Made by a program: the position numbers and the translations under genes. DNA of 64,000 bases, taken from positions 6,200,001 to 6,264,000 of the forward strand of contig OX597815.1 of NCBI GenBank assembly GCA_951406725.2, given 5' to 3'. The notes under the pieces are model-generated. The model was not told the origin of the DNA, made no database searches, and saw only the letters and a program-made list of their open reading frames with translations. Positions 26,650-39,595 of this stretch are shown in pieces. Source of the DNA: Octopus vulgaris. Lineage: Eukaryota. Positions within the stretch are counted from its first letter, which is position 1. The number at the start of each line of letters is the position of its first letter.

Positions 26650-27030
26650 AGACGTGTTCTTGTCTGTCTCTTGTCCAAGCTTGTTTTTATGCGTTCGCCA
26701 CTACAACCTCGTTTAGGCTTAGCAGCCCTTCCTTTTTGTTTTCACTGTCCTGTTTTTTGTTACCAATTTTGACTTTCCGCAAAATCCCAAATTTTATTTA
26801 ATTTGCTTTGCGGGAGCAACTATTCTATCGAAGCCGTATCTTGTTGTAAAATGCTCGAAATACGGGAATTGCAAAACAGCTAACAACTGATGAAGGGTCG
26901 TTCTTTATGTTGTCTGTCTTGTTTTCCATTTGTGTCCTTCGTTGTTCGAAAAAATAGTTCATATTCCATGTACTCGTACTTCGTATTTTTTGTTGTACAC
27001 GTTTCGTGACGTCCTATGCCCACATATGCA
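26650..27030 (+). mobile_element. Family F repeat
   Basis: Reverse-complement match to 12520-12905; ends in (TA)n. Confidence 0.7.
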
Positions 27031-27874
27031 TATATATATACTCGTTTACAAACGTAAAGAAAGGTAGATAAGTAGAATTCCGTAGTTGTTTCCGTTACCT
27101 ATGACGAAAATAATCATAAATGCTGATAAATCTTGCAATTGATTCGGGGCACGTGTTCCCCCGTATTAGTTTTATTTGCCCAAAGTGAATGCCTAATCGT
27201 CCTAAAGTATGATATGTACCAGTAGAGTTATACTTCAATGATGAGGTCTCACAATATCGGAACGTGACCAGAGTTGTCCTACATGCTTAACAAAGCTCAG
27301 GTTTATTTCAAACTACGTGCCTTTTTTTCTTCATCCAATTAAAAAAAATTTTTTCTAATTGATTTTTTTGCCTTAGATCATAATTATCATTCCCAGTAAT
27401 TATTTTTCTTTTCATTTACGACTATAATTCTTAAGTTTTATTACATAGTTGATAAAATAATTGTTTGACTCCCTTACGTACTTTCTACCCCCACTTAACG
27501 ATGTGTGTGTGTGTGTGTGTATGTTTGTGTGTGTATGTGTATGTTTGTGTTTTTAAAATGCCTGTTACTAGGTTTTTGGGTGACTCGGTTTCATCAAAGC
27601 TGGCCACAAGCCAATTATCAATCGAGGAACTCAGAACTACGACAGGAAAGCCGTCTTTGGTGTTGATAAACACGGAGCGGAAATTCTAGTCACTTTCGTT
27701 TGGAGCATCGAAAACATTCTGGGAAAATTAGCTAAAACCACAGCATTTCGTAAAAGGAGCAATGAATAAAATAAGTAAATATTACATGTACCTTTGAAAA
27801 ATGCAGATATGTGAATATTTGGAATTTTAACATCAAATAAAAAATAAAAATAAAAACATAAAAATTATATGAAC

Positions 27875-27997
27875 GCGCAGTAGTGGCTGTGTGGTAAGTA
27901 GCTTGCTTACTAGCCACATGGTTCCAGCCTCAAACCGACCAAAGCCTTGTGAGTAGATTTAGTAGACGGAAACTGAAGGAAGCCCGTCGTATATATG

Positions 27998-28078
<81 letters not shown>

Positions 28079-28305
28079 CTGTGTGACTGTATGTTTGTGT
28101 ATCTGTGTTTGTCCCCCTCCCCTAGCATCGCTTGACAACCGATGCTGGTGCGTTTACGTCCCCGTAACTTAGCGGTTCGGCAAAAGTGACCGATAGAATA
28201 AGTACTAGGCTTACAAAGAACAAGTCCTGGGGGTCGATTTGCTCGACTAAAAGCGGTGCTCCAGCATGGCCGCAGTCAAATGGACTGACACAAGTAAAAG
28301 AGTAA
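27875..28305 (+). mobile_element. SINE family A
   Basis: Match to family A with an internal deletion. Confidence 0.85.
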
Positions 28306-28754
28306 AAAGAAAGAGAAAGAGAGAGAGAGAGAGATAGAGATTGGAAGTAGATTAATATAATGTTAGTAATGCCAGAAAGTCGAAGCGATTCAGTCATTTG
28401 TATTCTTTTGCACACACCTCACTGATATATTTCTACGTATTTACATATTCCATGAAGCTGTGCTCCGATCCGTAAAATGAATCTGTACAGATAACTACAT
28501 TTTCTGAAAGCTACAGATTTAGCATTTAAATATAATTCTGATTGTAGCGAAGATTCTAAGATCAGTCTTTTCCCTGCCGTGCACAGGCCACATCTATAGC
28601 TGCCATTTTATTAAAGAGTGATTCATCTTTGAAAGACTTCTCAAGTAATGATATAGTTTGAAGCATTTTCTTTCAATGATCAAAGATGTATAGAATTTCG
28701 TTGCATTCTGCTTTTCGATGATCTTGAATGAATTTTTTTTTTATTTTCCTTCAG

Positions 28755-28871
28755 TCACACTCTTACATTTTTGAGTGGTACAATTTGTTCCTGTCTACTC
28801 TGTCTATCACAACTTCTGCATTAGAGTATGTGCTGGTTTATTTACATGAACAACCAGTCTCAGTTGATAAG
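28755..28871 (+). CDS. Candidate internal exon (117 bp, phase 0-0), product unknown
   Basis: Acceptor TTTTATTTTCCTTCAG and donor AAG|GTGAGT. Only frame 0 is open (SHSYIFEWYNLFLSTLSITTSALEYVLVYLHEQPVSVDK). No homology recognised. Confidence 0.3.
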
Positions 28872-29449
28872 GTGAGTTTATAGAATATAATATTCTTCAT
28901 ATTAGCAATGCACTTATAGTTTACTTTAAGGTTAAGGCGATTAGTTCCCCATATCTATGGATAATCGGGAAATGTTTGCATTATTAAATTTAATGTTGGA
29001 TTGAACGTTTAGTGAATAAGCCAAATGATATTTCGACGTTATTTCTTCATGAGAGTCCAGTGTTGGAAATAAATATACGTGATCTTATCTTTAAAAGCGT
29101 TCGCTTTTTAAGACGCCATTATAGTAGCTGTCTGGTCGACGACATCTTTATTTGAGAACAATTTCGAAATCAACCTACTTAGAGTGTAGAAAAGATCGTT
29201 AAAGACTATAAATGAGTGGCAGGAACCTGTGTACATATAAGTTAACATTTCATTTGGTTTTATAAATGGTTTATACGAGTTAACAATTTAAATTTAAGCT
29301 CATGAACTTAAAACTATGTTTAAACTTATCGATATTGTAAATTTAAGGTCAGAAGTACTGAATCGAACGACTTCGTGCTTACATCGAAGAAACTAGCTGA
29401 CTCAGAACTCTGAAAGTAGACGGACTCCATATAAAAAAGTCGGGTTTCC

Positions 29450-29727
29450 TTCCGGTCATAGAGTTGCTAATGGTTTCGCATCTGTAAAGCGCTTGGCTTT
29501 ATAGACGACTCGTCAGACTCTAATGGCGGAGGGCACATAACCACTCTTCAAACTGGATGTAGAAAACCGTTACGGTCAGTTACAAGTTTACAAATTCACT
29601 GACTGTAACGGTTTTCTACCACCAATTTGAAGAGAGTTTACATGACCTCCGCCATTAGAGTTTGACCAGTCGCCAATAAAACTAAGCGCTTTGTAGATGC
29701 GAAACCATTGGTCAAACTATGACCGGA
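29450..29727. mobile_element. Fold-back element; each arm is a degenerate hammerhead
   Basis: Arms ~29450-29580 and ~29598-29727. Left (-) reads TAGAGT-CTGACGA-GTCGTCT..AGATGC-GAAA-CCATTAGCA-ACTCTA. Right (+) reads TAGAGT-TTGACCA..AGATGC-GAAA-CCATTGG-TC. Confidence 0.7.
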
Positions 29728-29808
29728 CGTCTATTTAACTGCATGTAAATACATTACTGGTCTGTTCTTTAGAGTATGCTTCTTTTACGGACATATGGTC
29801 CACTGATG

Positions 29809-29840
<32 letters not shown>

Positions 29841-30240
29841 TGTATGTATGTATGTATGTATGTATGTATAATATTATATTATATCAAAAGGATGTGTTAT
29901 AATACTATTCCACATATACAAAAACAATATAAATCCGAAAGAAGCACACTCTAAGATGTAGAGCAGTATATATTAAAAATGGGGAAGGTCGGTTTATACC
30001 CCATCATCAGCTGCCCCACAGATATCATTATGGTTTCGACACCTGGGCAGTACCATTCAATCTGGTGGTGTCAACAGCACTAAAATAAGTGTGGTTTGGG
30101 AACAAACATACGAAAGAAACAATTTTCAAACACATTTACTCCATGTACATCAGTATCTGTATATAAATTCAATAAATAAATCTATAACCGACTCCTAAAT
30201 ACGTAACAACTAAACAGCATATAATAAAAATGGGGAAGGA

Positions 30241-30308
30241 CGGTTTATGAGACTACTTTAGGTTTTCCGTCCATAAACGGTTTAGCTTTATGGCGTATCG
30301 TCAGACCC
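30241..30308 (-). ncRNA. Hammerhead motif, inverted partner of 30343-30416 (helix III damaged)
   Basis: Minus strand GGGGT-CTGACGA-TACGCCATAAA..TTTATGGACG-GAAAACCTAAAGTA-GTCTC. Confidence 0.55.
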
Positions 30309-30342
30309 CGCTTCCATATTTTATAGAGATTATGGTCCAACA

Positions 30343-30416
30343 GGTTTTGGGATCTGACGATATGCCATAAAGCTAAACCCTTTATGGACAGGAAACCTAA
30401 GGTAATCCCATAAACC
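30343..30416 (+). ncRNA. Type I hammerhead ribozyme, predicted GUA cleavage after 30404
   Basis: GGTTTTGGGAT-CTGACGA(30354-60)-TATGCCATAAAG..CTTTATGGACAG-GAAA(30392-95)-CCTAAGG-TA-ATCCCATAAACC. The base of helix II is imperfect. Confidence 0.75.
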
Positions 30417-30516
30417 GGCCTTCCCCATTTTTAATATGTACTGCTCTACATCTTAGAGTGTGCTTCTTCTTTCGGATTTATGTTATTTTTACAAACGATA
30501 GATATATATATATATA

Positions 30517-30916
30517 TCTTCTTTATATATAAAAGAGAAGTTGTGTGTCTGTCTCCTACGATTTAGATTCCTAACTACTCCCACATTTTGCGGTACAGTT
30601 TAACCAAAAAGCGGGTATCTTATAGTCGTGATTCATATCGAGCCCTTCTGGGTATTAGCGCGTGTCTACGATGAGTCTACGATTAAAAAAAAAAATTACC
30701 ATCATTTTTCCCCATTTTTAATGTATTTTTTTTGCTATTATATAAGGGAAGTAACTCTCTAAAACTGCATGATTAAATCTCAGAACGTAAAAAGCTACAG
30801 TAACACCCCCCCTTTGTGGTTAGCCATATTGAGATGGCTATTATACTTTACATCTCTAAAAATGCTTATATAGTTATTTCCCTTACAAAGCCGAGCAACG
30901 CCAGGCGATATTGCTA

Positions 30917-30918
<2 letters not shown>
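30517..30918 (+). mobile_element. Non-autonomous Helitron-like element
   Basis: 5' TC..TATATATAAAA; 3' GC-rich CCGAGCAACGCCAGGCG followed by CTAG|T. Same 3' end at 14659-14687. Confidence 0.7.
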
Positions 30919-30982
<64 letters not shown>

Positions 30983-31766
30983 GTATATGTATGTATAACA
31001 GCATCAGCGCCAGGCACTGGTCAAGAATAAACGAACTTTATCCTTTTATCTTTTTCTTCTTTTACAAGTTTCAGTCACTGGGCTGTGGTCAGACTGGAGC
31101 ACAGGCTAGTTAAAATATGTTTGTCAAATATTTTGACTTCTAATGGCAAATTAGTGAATCAGTTGCTGTGGAGAAACATTTTCTCTCTTATGGTAAAAGG
31201 TATAAAAACACCATATCTGCCCGATGCTTCCCTCTATTGGCCCCCTCCTAGCCTAGCTGGGCCAGGGGAGGGGTTGTTGTTGTTGTTGTTGGGGTGGGGG
31301 TCCGCTCCTGGCGTCGCAATTAGAGGGGCACTACTTTTGGGTCTGGTGTAGGCAATATGTCTTTTTGTGAGGTCCGGGGGCGGCAAATGGAAGGCTCGCC
31401 TCGAGCGGCACACACTCTAATCACGCAAGTGTGTGCGCATGTGCGCTTGTATTTGTGTCTGTGTTTGTCCCCACACCGCTTGACAACCGGTGCTGGTTTG
31501 TTTACGTCCCCGTAACTTAGCGGTTCGGTACAAGCCAAGATAGAATATCTACCAGGCTCTACAAAGAAACAAGTACTGGGGTCGACTTGTCCGACTAAAA
31601 CCCAACACTTGAAACCCTTCGAGGCGAGGTGCCCCAGCATGGGCGCAGTCAAATGACTGAAACACGATATACAATGCGTACAGAACTAGTCCAGGAACTT
31701 TTGGGTACCACCTCTCCCCCCTCTTTCTCCTCCCTTTTCTCTGCCCCCCCTCTCTGTATATATATA

Positions 31767-32176
31767 GGCGCAGGGGTGGTTGTGTGGTAAGTAGCTTACT
31801 AACCAACCACATGGTTCCGGGTTCAGTCCCACTGCGTGGCATCTTGGGCAAGTGTCTTCTGCTATAGCCCCGGGCCGACCAATGCCTTCTGAATGGATTT
31901 GGTAGACGGAAACTGAAAGAAGCCTGTTGTATATATGTATATATATATATAAGTGTGTGTGTATATCTTTGTGTGTCTGTGTTTGTCCCCCTAGCATTGC
32001 TTGACAATCGATGCTGGTGTGTTTTCGTCCCCGTAACTTAACGGTTCGGCAAAAGAGACCGATACAATAAGTACTGGGCTTACAAAGAATAATTTCCGGG
32101 GTCGATTTGCTCGACTAAAGGCGGTGCTCCAGTATGGCCGCAGTCAAATGACTGAAACAAGTAAAAGAGTAAAAGA

Positions 32177-32179
<3 letters not shown>
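31767..32179 (+). mobile_element. SINE family A (full length); partial copy at 31440-31665
   Basis: Match to family A. Confidence 0.9.
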
Positions 32180-32234
<55 letters not shown>

Positions 32235-32596
32235 ATATAGTAATATATGTGTAAAAATGTTGAATTAAAGTTCGTCTTTTATTTTGGAAGATTCCCCAAA
32301 AAGATTTCTAAAACTAATTCTTCATAATTTGCTGGTATCTTACGGGCGGCGTAAGTTTGCGAATATGAAAATAATACTTGTATATGGTGTGTTACGGGAA
32401 TTTATGGAAAGGAATCCCATTAAACTCAACAAATTTGTTTAAAAACGTAAAAGAGAAGATGTTAAAATATACAAGAGAATTTTAAACTTCTCTTGTTTAT
32501 TTTAACAACTTCTATTCTCCATTTTTAACTAAATTGTCGAGTCTTATGGGATTCCTTTCCATAAATTCATAACACATCATATATATATATATATAT

Positions 32597-32635
<39 letters not shown>

Positions 32636-32640
32636 TATAT

Positions 32641-32938
32641 ATTCAACAATATAAGGAATGGCCATAATAGGACATTCGACCCACTAGAAAGAGCAGCCAA
32701 ACTCAAACCGCTAAATAGTTGTAATTCCGAAATTGAAAGAGAAATAAAGTGAAAGAGAAATAATTACAACTATTTAGCGGTTTGAGTTTGGCTGCTTTTC
32801 TAGTGGGTCGAATGTCCTATTATGGCCATTCCTTATATTTTTGAATGTATATTATATAGTTTTTGACTATCTTTTCTTTATCACTGGACCGCTGGTAGCG
32901 GAGAATTTTTTTCTAGAATTTTTTGCTACCCTTATATT

Positions 32939-32942
<4 letters not shown>
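32641..32942. mobile_element. Fold-back copy of the 11.6-12.2 kb family lacking the hammerhead
   Basis: Arms 32641-32726 and 32762-32847; the right arm continues to the family terminus GCTACCCTTATATT and (TA)n. Confidence 0.8.
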
Positions 32943-33036
<94 letters not shown>

Positions 33037-33335
33037 TAAGTAATTAAGGGTTTAGCAGCGATTTGCCTCACCACACACCGAATTTAGAAATAGCAGTCAA
33101 AGAGTTTTGGCTATTCTTTCTAATTAAAAGAGAGATCCCAGTAAAACCACAGCACTTAAAAGGCAAACAACGTATATATATATACATGCATAGAACAGAT
33201 GATGGTTATGATCACGGACTGGCATCTTCTGTTCGCCATGGGTCTGTCGGATTGGAGCTAAGCTGATGCTAAACAAAAAACAACAATAACAAAGGCATTT
33301 AGTTTAACCCCCACCCCACTATAAATACATATATA

Positions 33336-33371
<36 letters not shown>

Positions 33372-35532
33372 TGTATGTATATATATATATATATGTATGT
33401 ATGTATATCTATATAAGCCCTTCTGTGGTATATATCCGTCCTTACAACTTTTAAGTTCGTGTAAATAAAGCTCCATTTTGACTGTAAATACTATTAACCA
33501 GGCCGACTGTTGTTGTTTTTGTTGTTGTTATCGTTACTATTCGTCCCTCATTCCTTCTTTCTTTCCAATTCTTTCTTCCTCTCCTCCGCCCACCCCGCCT
33601 CTGCTTTCTGTTCTTTTTCCTCCCCATTTTATCTCCTCCTCCTCCTCCTCCTCTTTTCCACGATTCTTCTCGTCTTTCCATTTTCTCTCTTTCTCTCTCT
33701 CTCTCTCCTTTTCTTCTAATTCTTCGCTTTGTTTTTTGGGTTTTTTTCGGTTTTTCTTTTTATTCCTCGGCGACACACAGACAAACACACACACACATAC
33801 GTTGCAATACATATAAGCACACACACACACATACAAACATATGTACACACACACACACACACATACGTACACGTACACACACACAGACAAACACACACGT
33901 ACACAAACACACATATGTAGCAATACATATGAACACACACACACACACACATACCTACACAAACACACACACACACACACATACGTACACGTACACAAAC
34001 ACACACAACACACACATACAAGCACACACACATATAAACACACGTACACAAACACACACACATACAAACACACACACGCACACTATATATATATACATAC
34101 ATATACACACACATACACTGCCGAATTCTTAGGGCTGAAACACATGAATATAAAGAGAAAAGGAGAGATAGAGATATGCACACACACATACACACACAAA
34201 CGTCAACACACACACATATACACACATACACACATACACACACACACAGCCACGCGCACACGCGTACAACTCCACGCTCGTATCTCAGCAATTTTTTTTG
34301 AGAATCACTGGCGATGGCAGCGATGATGGTGGTGGCGATGGTGGTGGTGGTGAAAGATGTGACGTATGTAGTGGTGGTGGTGGCGGTGGTAATAGCTGCC
34401 ACGGCCGTAGCGGTGGTGGAGGCGACGGCAGCAGCGACGGCAGCAGCGACAATGATGGTGGCGTGACGACGACGGCGTTTGACTTATGCTAGAAGGAGGC
34501 GGCGGCGGTGGTGATGGTGGCGGCGGTAGTTCCCTACGCTTATATGATGGTGGCGATGGTGATATTTATGCTAACGGTGGTGGTGGAGGCGGCGGCAGCG
34601 CCAATGATGGCGGCGTGACGACGGCGTTGACTTATGCTAGAGGCGGCGGCGGCGGTGGTGGTGGTGGTGGCGGCGGTAGTTCCCTATGCTTATATGATGG
34701 TGGCGATGGTGATATTTGCGCTAGCGCTGGTGGTGGTGGTGATAGTTACGATAGTTGTAGTAGTAGTAGTAGTAGTAGTAGTGGCGATGGCGGTAGCGTC
34801 GGCAGGCGCAGCAACAGTTAGTAGTAGTAATAGTAGCAGTAGTAGTTGTGGTAGTCGTAGTAGTAGTAGTAGTAGTAGTAGTAGCATGAGCAATGGTAGG
34901 AGCTGGCAGTTGGTCGTGTTTGCCAGAGTAAAGAGCTCCCCAGAAACCAGCCAGTATCAAGCACCACTCTGCTGAAAAGACGACGGTTGTAGCTTTAGTG
35001 GAAGCGACCAGTGATATGGAGCTGGGATTTACCAGGGTAGAAGGAAACTCAATAAAAAGGTAACCGTTTCCCTTCTTGTTGTTGTTGTTGCTGTTGTTGT
35101 TGTTGTTGTTGTTGTAAGCCCTCACAGTCCTGTTGATGGTGGCGGTGGTGGTGGTGGTGGTGGTGTTTGTCTCTTCTGAAGATGGTGGTGGCGGTGGTGG
35201 TGGTGGTGGTGGTGGTGGTGGTGTTTGTCTCTTCTGAAGATGGTGGTGGCGGTGGTGGTGGTGGTGGTGGTGGTGGTGGTGGTCTCTTCTGAAGATGGTG
35301 GTGGTGGTGGTGGTGGTGGTGGTGGTGGTGGTGGTGGTGGTGTTTGTCTCTTCTGAAGATGGTGGTGGTGGTGGTGGTGGTGGTGGTGGTGGATTAAGTA
35401 TAAGCTGTCTTCATCGATATAGTCTTGTTCTTCTTCTTCTTGTTGGTGTTCTCCTCTCTATCAATTCAATCAGGTCAACTTTATCGACCATTCCTGGAGA
35501 CTTTCTTGTTTATTTTCTCAAACGCCAATCGA

Positions 35533-35564
<32 letters not shown>

Positions 35565-36439
35565 CCATCACCATCATCGTAAACATTATCATCATCATCA
35601 TCATCATCTCCGCCACCGCCACCATCGCAACTACCACCACCACCAGTACCACCACCACCACCACCATCACAACCATCATCATCATCATCTCCGCCACCAC
35701 CATCACCACCACCACCATTTCTACCACAAATGTTTGTATGAAGTCATTCATGTTTTTGTTTTTTAAAAAAAAAACCTAAGTTTTTGACAGGAAATCTTCC
35801 TTCTCTCTCTCTGCTTCTGTCTTTCTCTCTCTCTCTGTCTCTGTCTCACCTACTTTAAGCTTTTTATATATATATGGTGAACCTTAAACCTTAAATCTAA
35901 GAGGTTGGTTGGTTGGTTGATATGGTGGGGGAGGGTTTGCAGCTTAGATAAGTGTGGCGCTGTGTAACTATTTATTCTTACCTCTAGATATAGGAAGGAT
36001 ATGCTGTGTTTGGTACTCAAGAAGAAGGAGCCGCTATGTGGTCGCTCGAAATTCTAGAAATAACAGCTTAAATACTTCCAAATAGCAATTCTACATAGAG
36101 TCGCGTCACCAAAACAAAACAAAAAAAAAAAGGTAAAGAAAAGAAAAAACAAAACGTTAATGTACACAATAGATCGGATGGTCACTTCTGGAACGGTTTT
36201 GATATGTCGACTCAATCCGGTTCGACCTATAAACATAAATAACATTAGTGACAGGCAAACTGTTTTAGTTTAGCCCTGGTGGTCCCTGACAGGGGTAGCC
36301 CCAGTTTTTTAAAGATGGTAAGGTGTGGAGATTGAGGGCAGTTTGGTTGTTAGTCTTAGCAGGTCGAGCGCCCGAAATCGCACACGGTATATTAAATATA
36401 TATATATATATATATGTTCCCTGTAAAACCCCAGAGTGG

Positions 36440-36810
36440 ATATTTTGTGACACTGGCTCAGTTGCTATATTGGCCAGCTGTTTGTAACACAGACCGGCTC
36501 TTGGGACACAGCTGTTACAGACACAACCCAGCTGTCTGTGACACAGGCCCGAGGTTTTGTAATACTGACCCACTGTTTGGGATACTGACCCAGCTGTATG
36601 TAACATAGACCGGCTCTTCGTGACCCTGGCTATCTGTTTGTGATACAGAGCAGCTGTCTGTGACATAGACTGGCTATTTGTGACAGACCGTCTGTGACAC
36701 TGACCGGCTGCTTTATGACACAGACTGGTCGTTTGTGACACAAACTAGTCGTTTGTGACACAAACTAGCCGTTTGTGACACAGAGTGGCCGTTTGTGACA
36801 CAGACAGACT
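36440..36810. repeat. 20-bp minisatellite (consensus ~GTTTGTGACACAGACTGGTC) with a divergence gradient
   Basis: Near-perfect units at 36722-36801, increasingly degenerate leftwards. Confidence 0.85.
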
Positions 36811-37114
36811 CTAAGGGTTAAATGACTGTCTTGTCTCTCAGTGATAACGTATGAAACATTGATTAAAACGAGGATTTTTCTTCGGACTAAATTCGTAAGC
36901 ATTGCAGCTATTTTTAGTAACATTCTCAGAAGTGTTGCTGCTCTGTAAAGGAATATCTCCAATAATATATGTTGTTATTATTGCTCGCTTCCCCAGACTG
37001 ATATACACACACGCACATTTATACACAAACTACGTGTGTATATATACGTGCATATATATACCATATTGTGAGTGTGTGTGCGTATTTGGTCCACATATTA
37101 TCTCTCTAGCTTGG

Positions 37115-37127
37115 TTATCTATCTATC

Positions 37128-37180
<53 letters not shown>

Positions 37181-37396
37181 GTCTATCTATCTATCTATCT
37201 ATCTATCTATATATCTATCTATCTATCTATCTTTCTATTAGTCTGTATGTCTGTCTATTTATCTGTCTATCTATCTATCTCTATCTATCTATGTCTATCT
37301 GTCTGCTATCTATCTATCTGTCTGTCTGTCTGTCTATCTGTCTATTTATCTGTCTATCTGTCTATCTATCTATCTATCTATCTGTCTATCTATCTG

Positions 37397-37480
<84 letters not shown>

Positions 37481-37694
37481 CCTGTCTGTCTGTCTATCTA
37501 TCTGTATATCTATCCATGTCTGTCTATCTATCCATGTTTATCTATCTATCTATCTATCTATCAATCTATCTATATATCTACCTACCTACCTATCTCTCTC
37601 TCTATCTATCTATCCATCTATGTATGTATGTATCTATCTATCTATGTCTAATTATCTACCTACCTATCTCTCTCTCTCTCTATCTATCTATCTG

Positions 37695-37763
<69 letters not shown>

Positions 37764-37781
37764 GTCCATCTATCTACCTAC

Positions 37782-37833
<52 letters not shown>

Positions 37834-37835
37834 CA
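37115..37835. repeat. Compound (TCTA)n/(TCTG)n/(TC)n microsatellite
   Basis: Direct reading. Confidence 0.95.
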
Positions 37836-38361
37836 GGTTTTTAGTTATAGGCTGTCTTTCTACCTATCATCATATACTAGCCTCTATGCGCGCGCGAGCG
37901 TGTGTTGTGTATGTATTTATACAGCTTATATTCACGCACATGTGTATATAAGTGCTGTTTACTCAGTGTGTGTGTGTGTGTGTGTGTGTGAAAGAGGAGT
38001 CTACGCACACACACACACACACAAACACACACAAACACAGACAGACCGATGGAGACTGACAGACAAAACACACAAACATGGCACGGCACACTTTAGTCAC
38101 ACATCGGAACCACAATATGTCTGTTGCACGTATTTCAGGATTCTAACCATTGTGCATGCACCCAAGTGCATGTGTGTATGCAACTGCACATGTATTTTTG
38201 TCTGTTGCTGCATATTTTTCTGCATTTTATGTAAACGAGTATGTGTTAAATGCGTGTTGCATGCATGTGCTGTGCATATCATGCGCGCATGTGTCTGCCT
38301 TTCTATCTCTTCTCTCTCTCTCTCTCCGTTCTCTCTGTTTTTCTCTCTTCCTTTCACTCTG

Positions 38362-38409
<48 letters not shown>

Positions 38410-38569
38410 CTTTTTTCTTCTTCTTCTTCTCTTGTCTATGTCGATGACGAGGCAGGTGACTCGTTAGCATTCAAGGGTCAACTTCCGTTACTATGATTTC
38501 CGAATGACCCAATGTAAATATCTCTGAATCAACACCAACTCGGCCGAGCGATAAACCAATAATATAGTG

Positions 38570-38666
<97 letters not shown>

Positions 38667-39039
38667 AGGGAGAGAGTCGTGTATGATTTGAGGGTAGTTG
38701 TATAGCGGTGTACAAACTACGGGTAATATAAGAAGGACTAAGTATTCGAGTGAGTGAGGGGAGGGTTGCTCGGGTGGTGCTGGATCTGAGGGTGGAAACA
38801 AAATAGTTGAAGATAATACGGGTAGCTGTGCAGTAACGTTGTACCGTGGAAGGGGTGCCGTAAGACATACGCTTGGACGTGCGATAGTGTAGGACCTGGG
38901 ATTAGATGCGCAATAATGTAAGATCTGGAGGTAGATATAGTGTGACGTTGAACATACGGGTAGACGAATGACAGTAAAGACCCAGGGTCTAGATATACAG
39001 TAATGTAGGGAATGGGTGGATACATAACAGTTTAAGACC

Positions 39040-39595
39040 TACGGGTAGATATACTGTTGTGTAGAACATAATGGTATGCATACGGTAGTGTAGGACTTGG
39101 TGATATATATATATACGGGTGGGACACACGGGTAGATATACTGTATGTAGAACATGATGGTATGCATACGGTAGTGTAGGACTTCGTGATAAATATACAT
39201 ACGAGTGGGATATACGGGTAGATAGACTGTTGTGTAGAATATAATGGTAGTGTAGGACTTAATGATAAATATACATACGGGTGGAACAGGGTAGATATAC
39301 TATTATGTAGAACTTAATGGTATGCATACGGTAGTGTAGGACTTCATGATAAATATATATACGAGTGGGACATACGGGTAGATATACTGTTGTGTATAAC
39401 ATAATGGTATGCATAGAGTACTGTAGGACTTCGTAATATACATACGGGTGGGGTGGTAGGCATACGGTAGTGTAGGACTTCGTGATAAATATACATACGG
39501 GTGGCTATACTGTTATGTAGAACATAATGGGATGCATACGGTAGTGTAGGTCTTCGTGATAAATATAGATACGGGTGGGACATACGGTAGATAAC
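39040..39595. repeat. ~86-bp tandem repeat, about 6 units
   Basis: Unit TACGGGTAGATATACTGTTGTGTAGAACATAATGGTATGCATACGGTAGTGTAGGACTTCGTGATAAATATACATACGGGTGGGAC, starting near 39040, 39127, 39213, 39287 and 39373. Confidence 0.85.

Noticed and set aside
26815-26900. CTGATGA and GAAA in family F (also 12660-12735, 57095-57135) as a hammerhead
   Set aside because: Order and pairing do not close three helices, and the best alternative core (CTATCGA/TTATCGA) lacks G5. At most a decayed relative.
34690-34893. Signal-peptide-like minus-strand ORF MLLLLLLLLLRLPQLLL..TVAAPADA
   Set aside because: The poly-Leu comes from a (TAG)n repeat and the frame stops after 67 codons.
36440-36810. CRISPR-like periodic repeats (also 6620-7010, 39040-39595)
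   Set aside because: The intervening sequences are homologous rather than unique spacers, the context is eukaryotic and there are no cas genes.
37072-38496. Longest ORF (474 aa) and similar YLSI/IYIY/CVCV/HTHT ORFs (e.g. 5451-6077, 15757-16442, 24296-25186)
   Set aside because: They are translations of stop-free microsatellites with no protein-like content.
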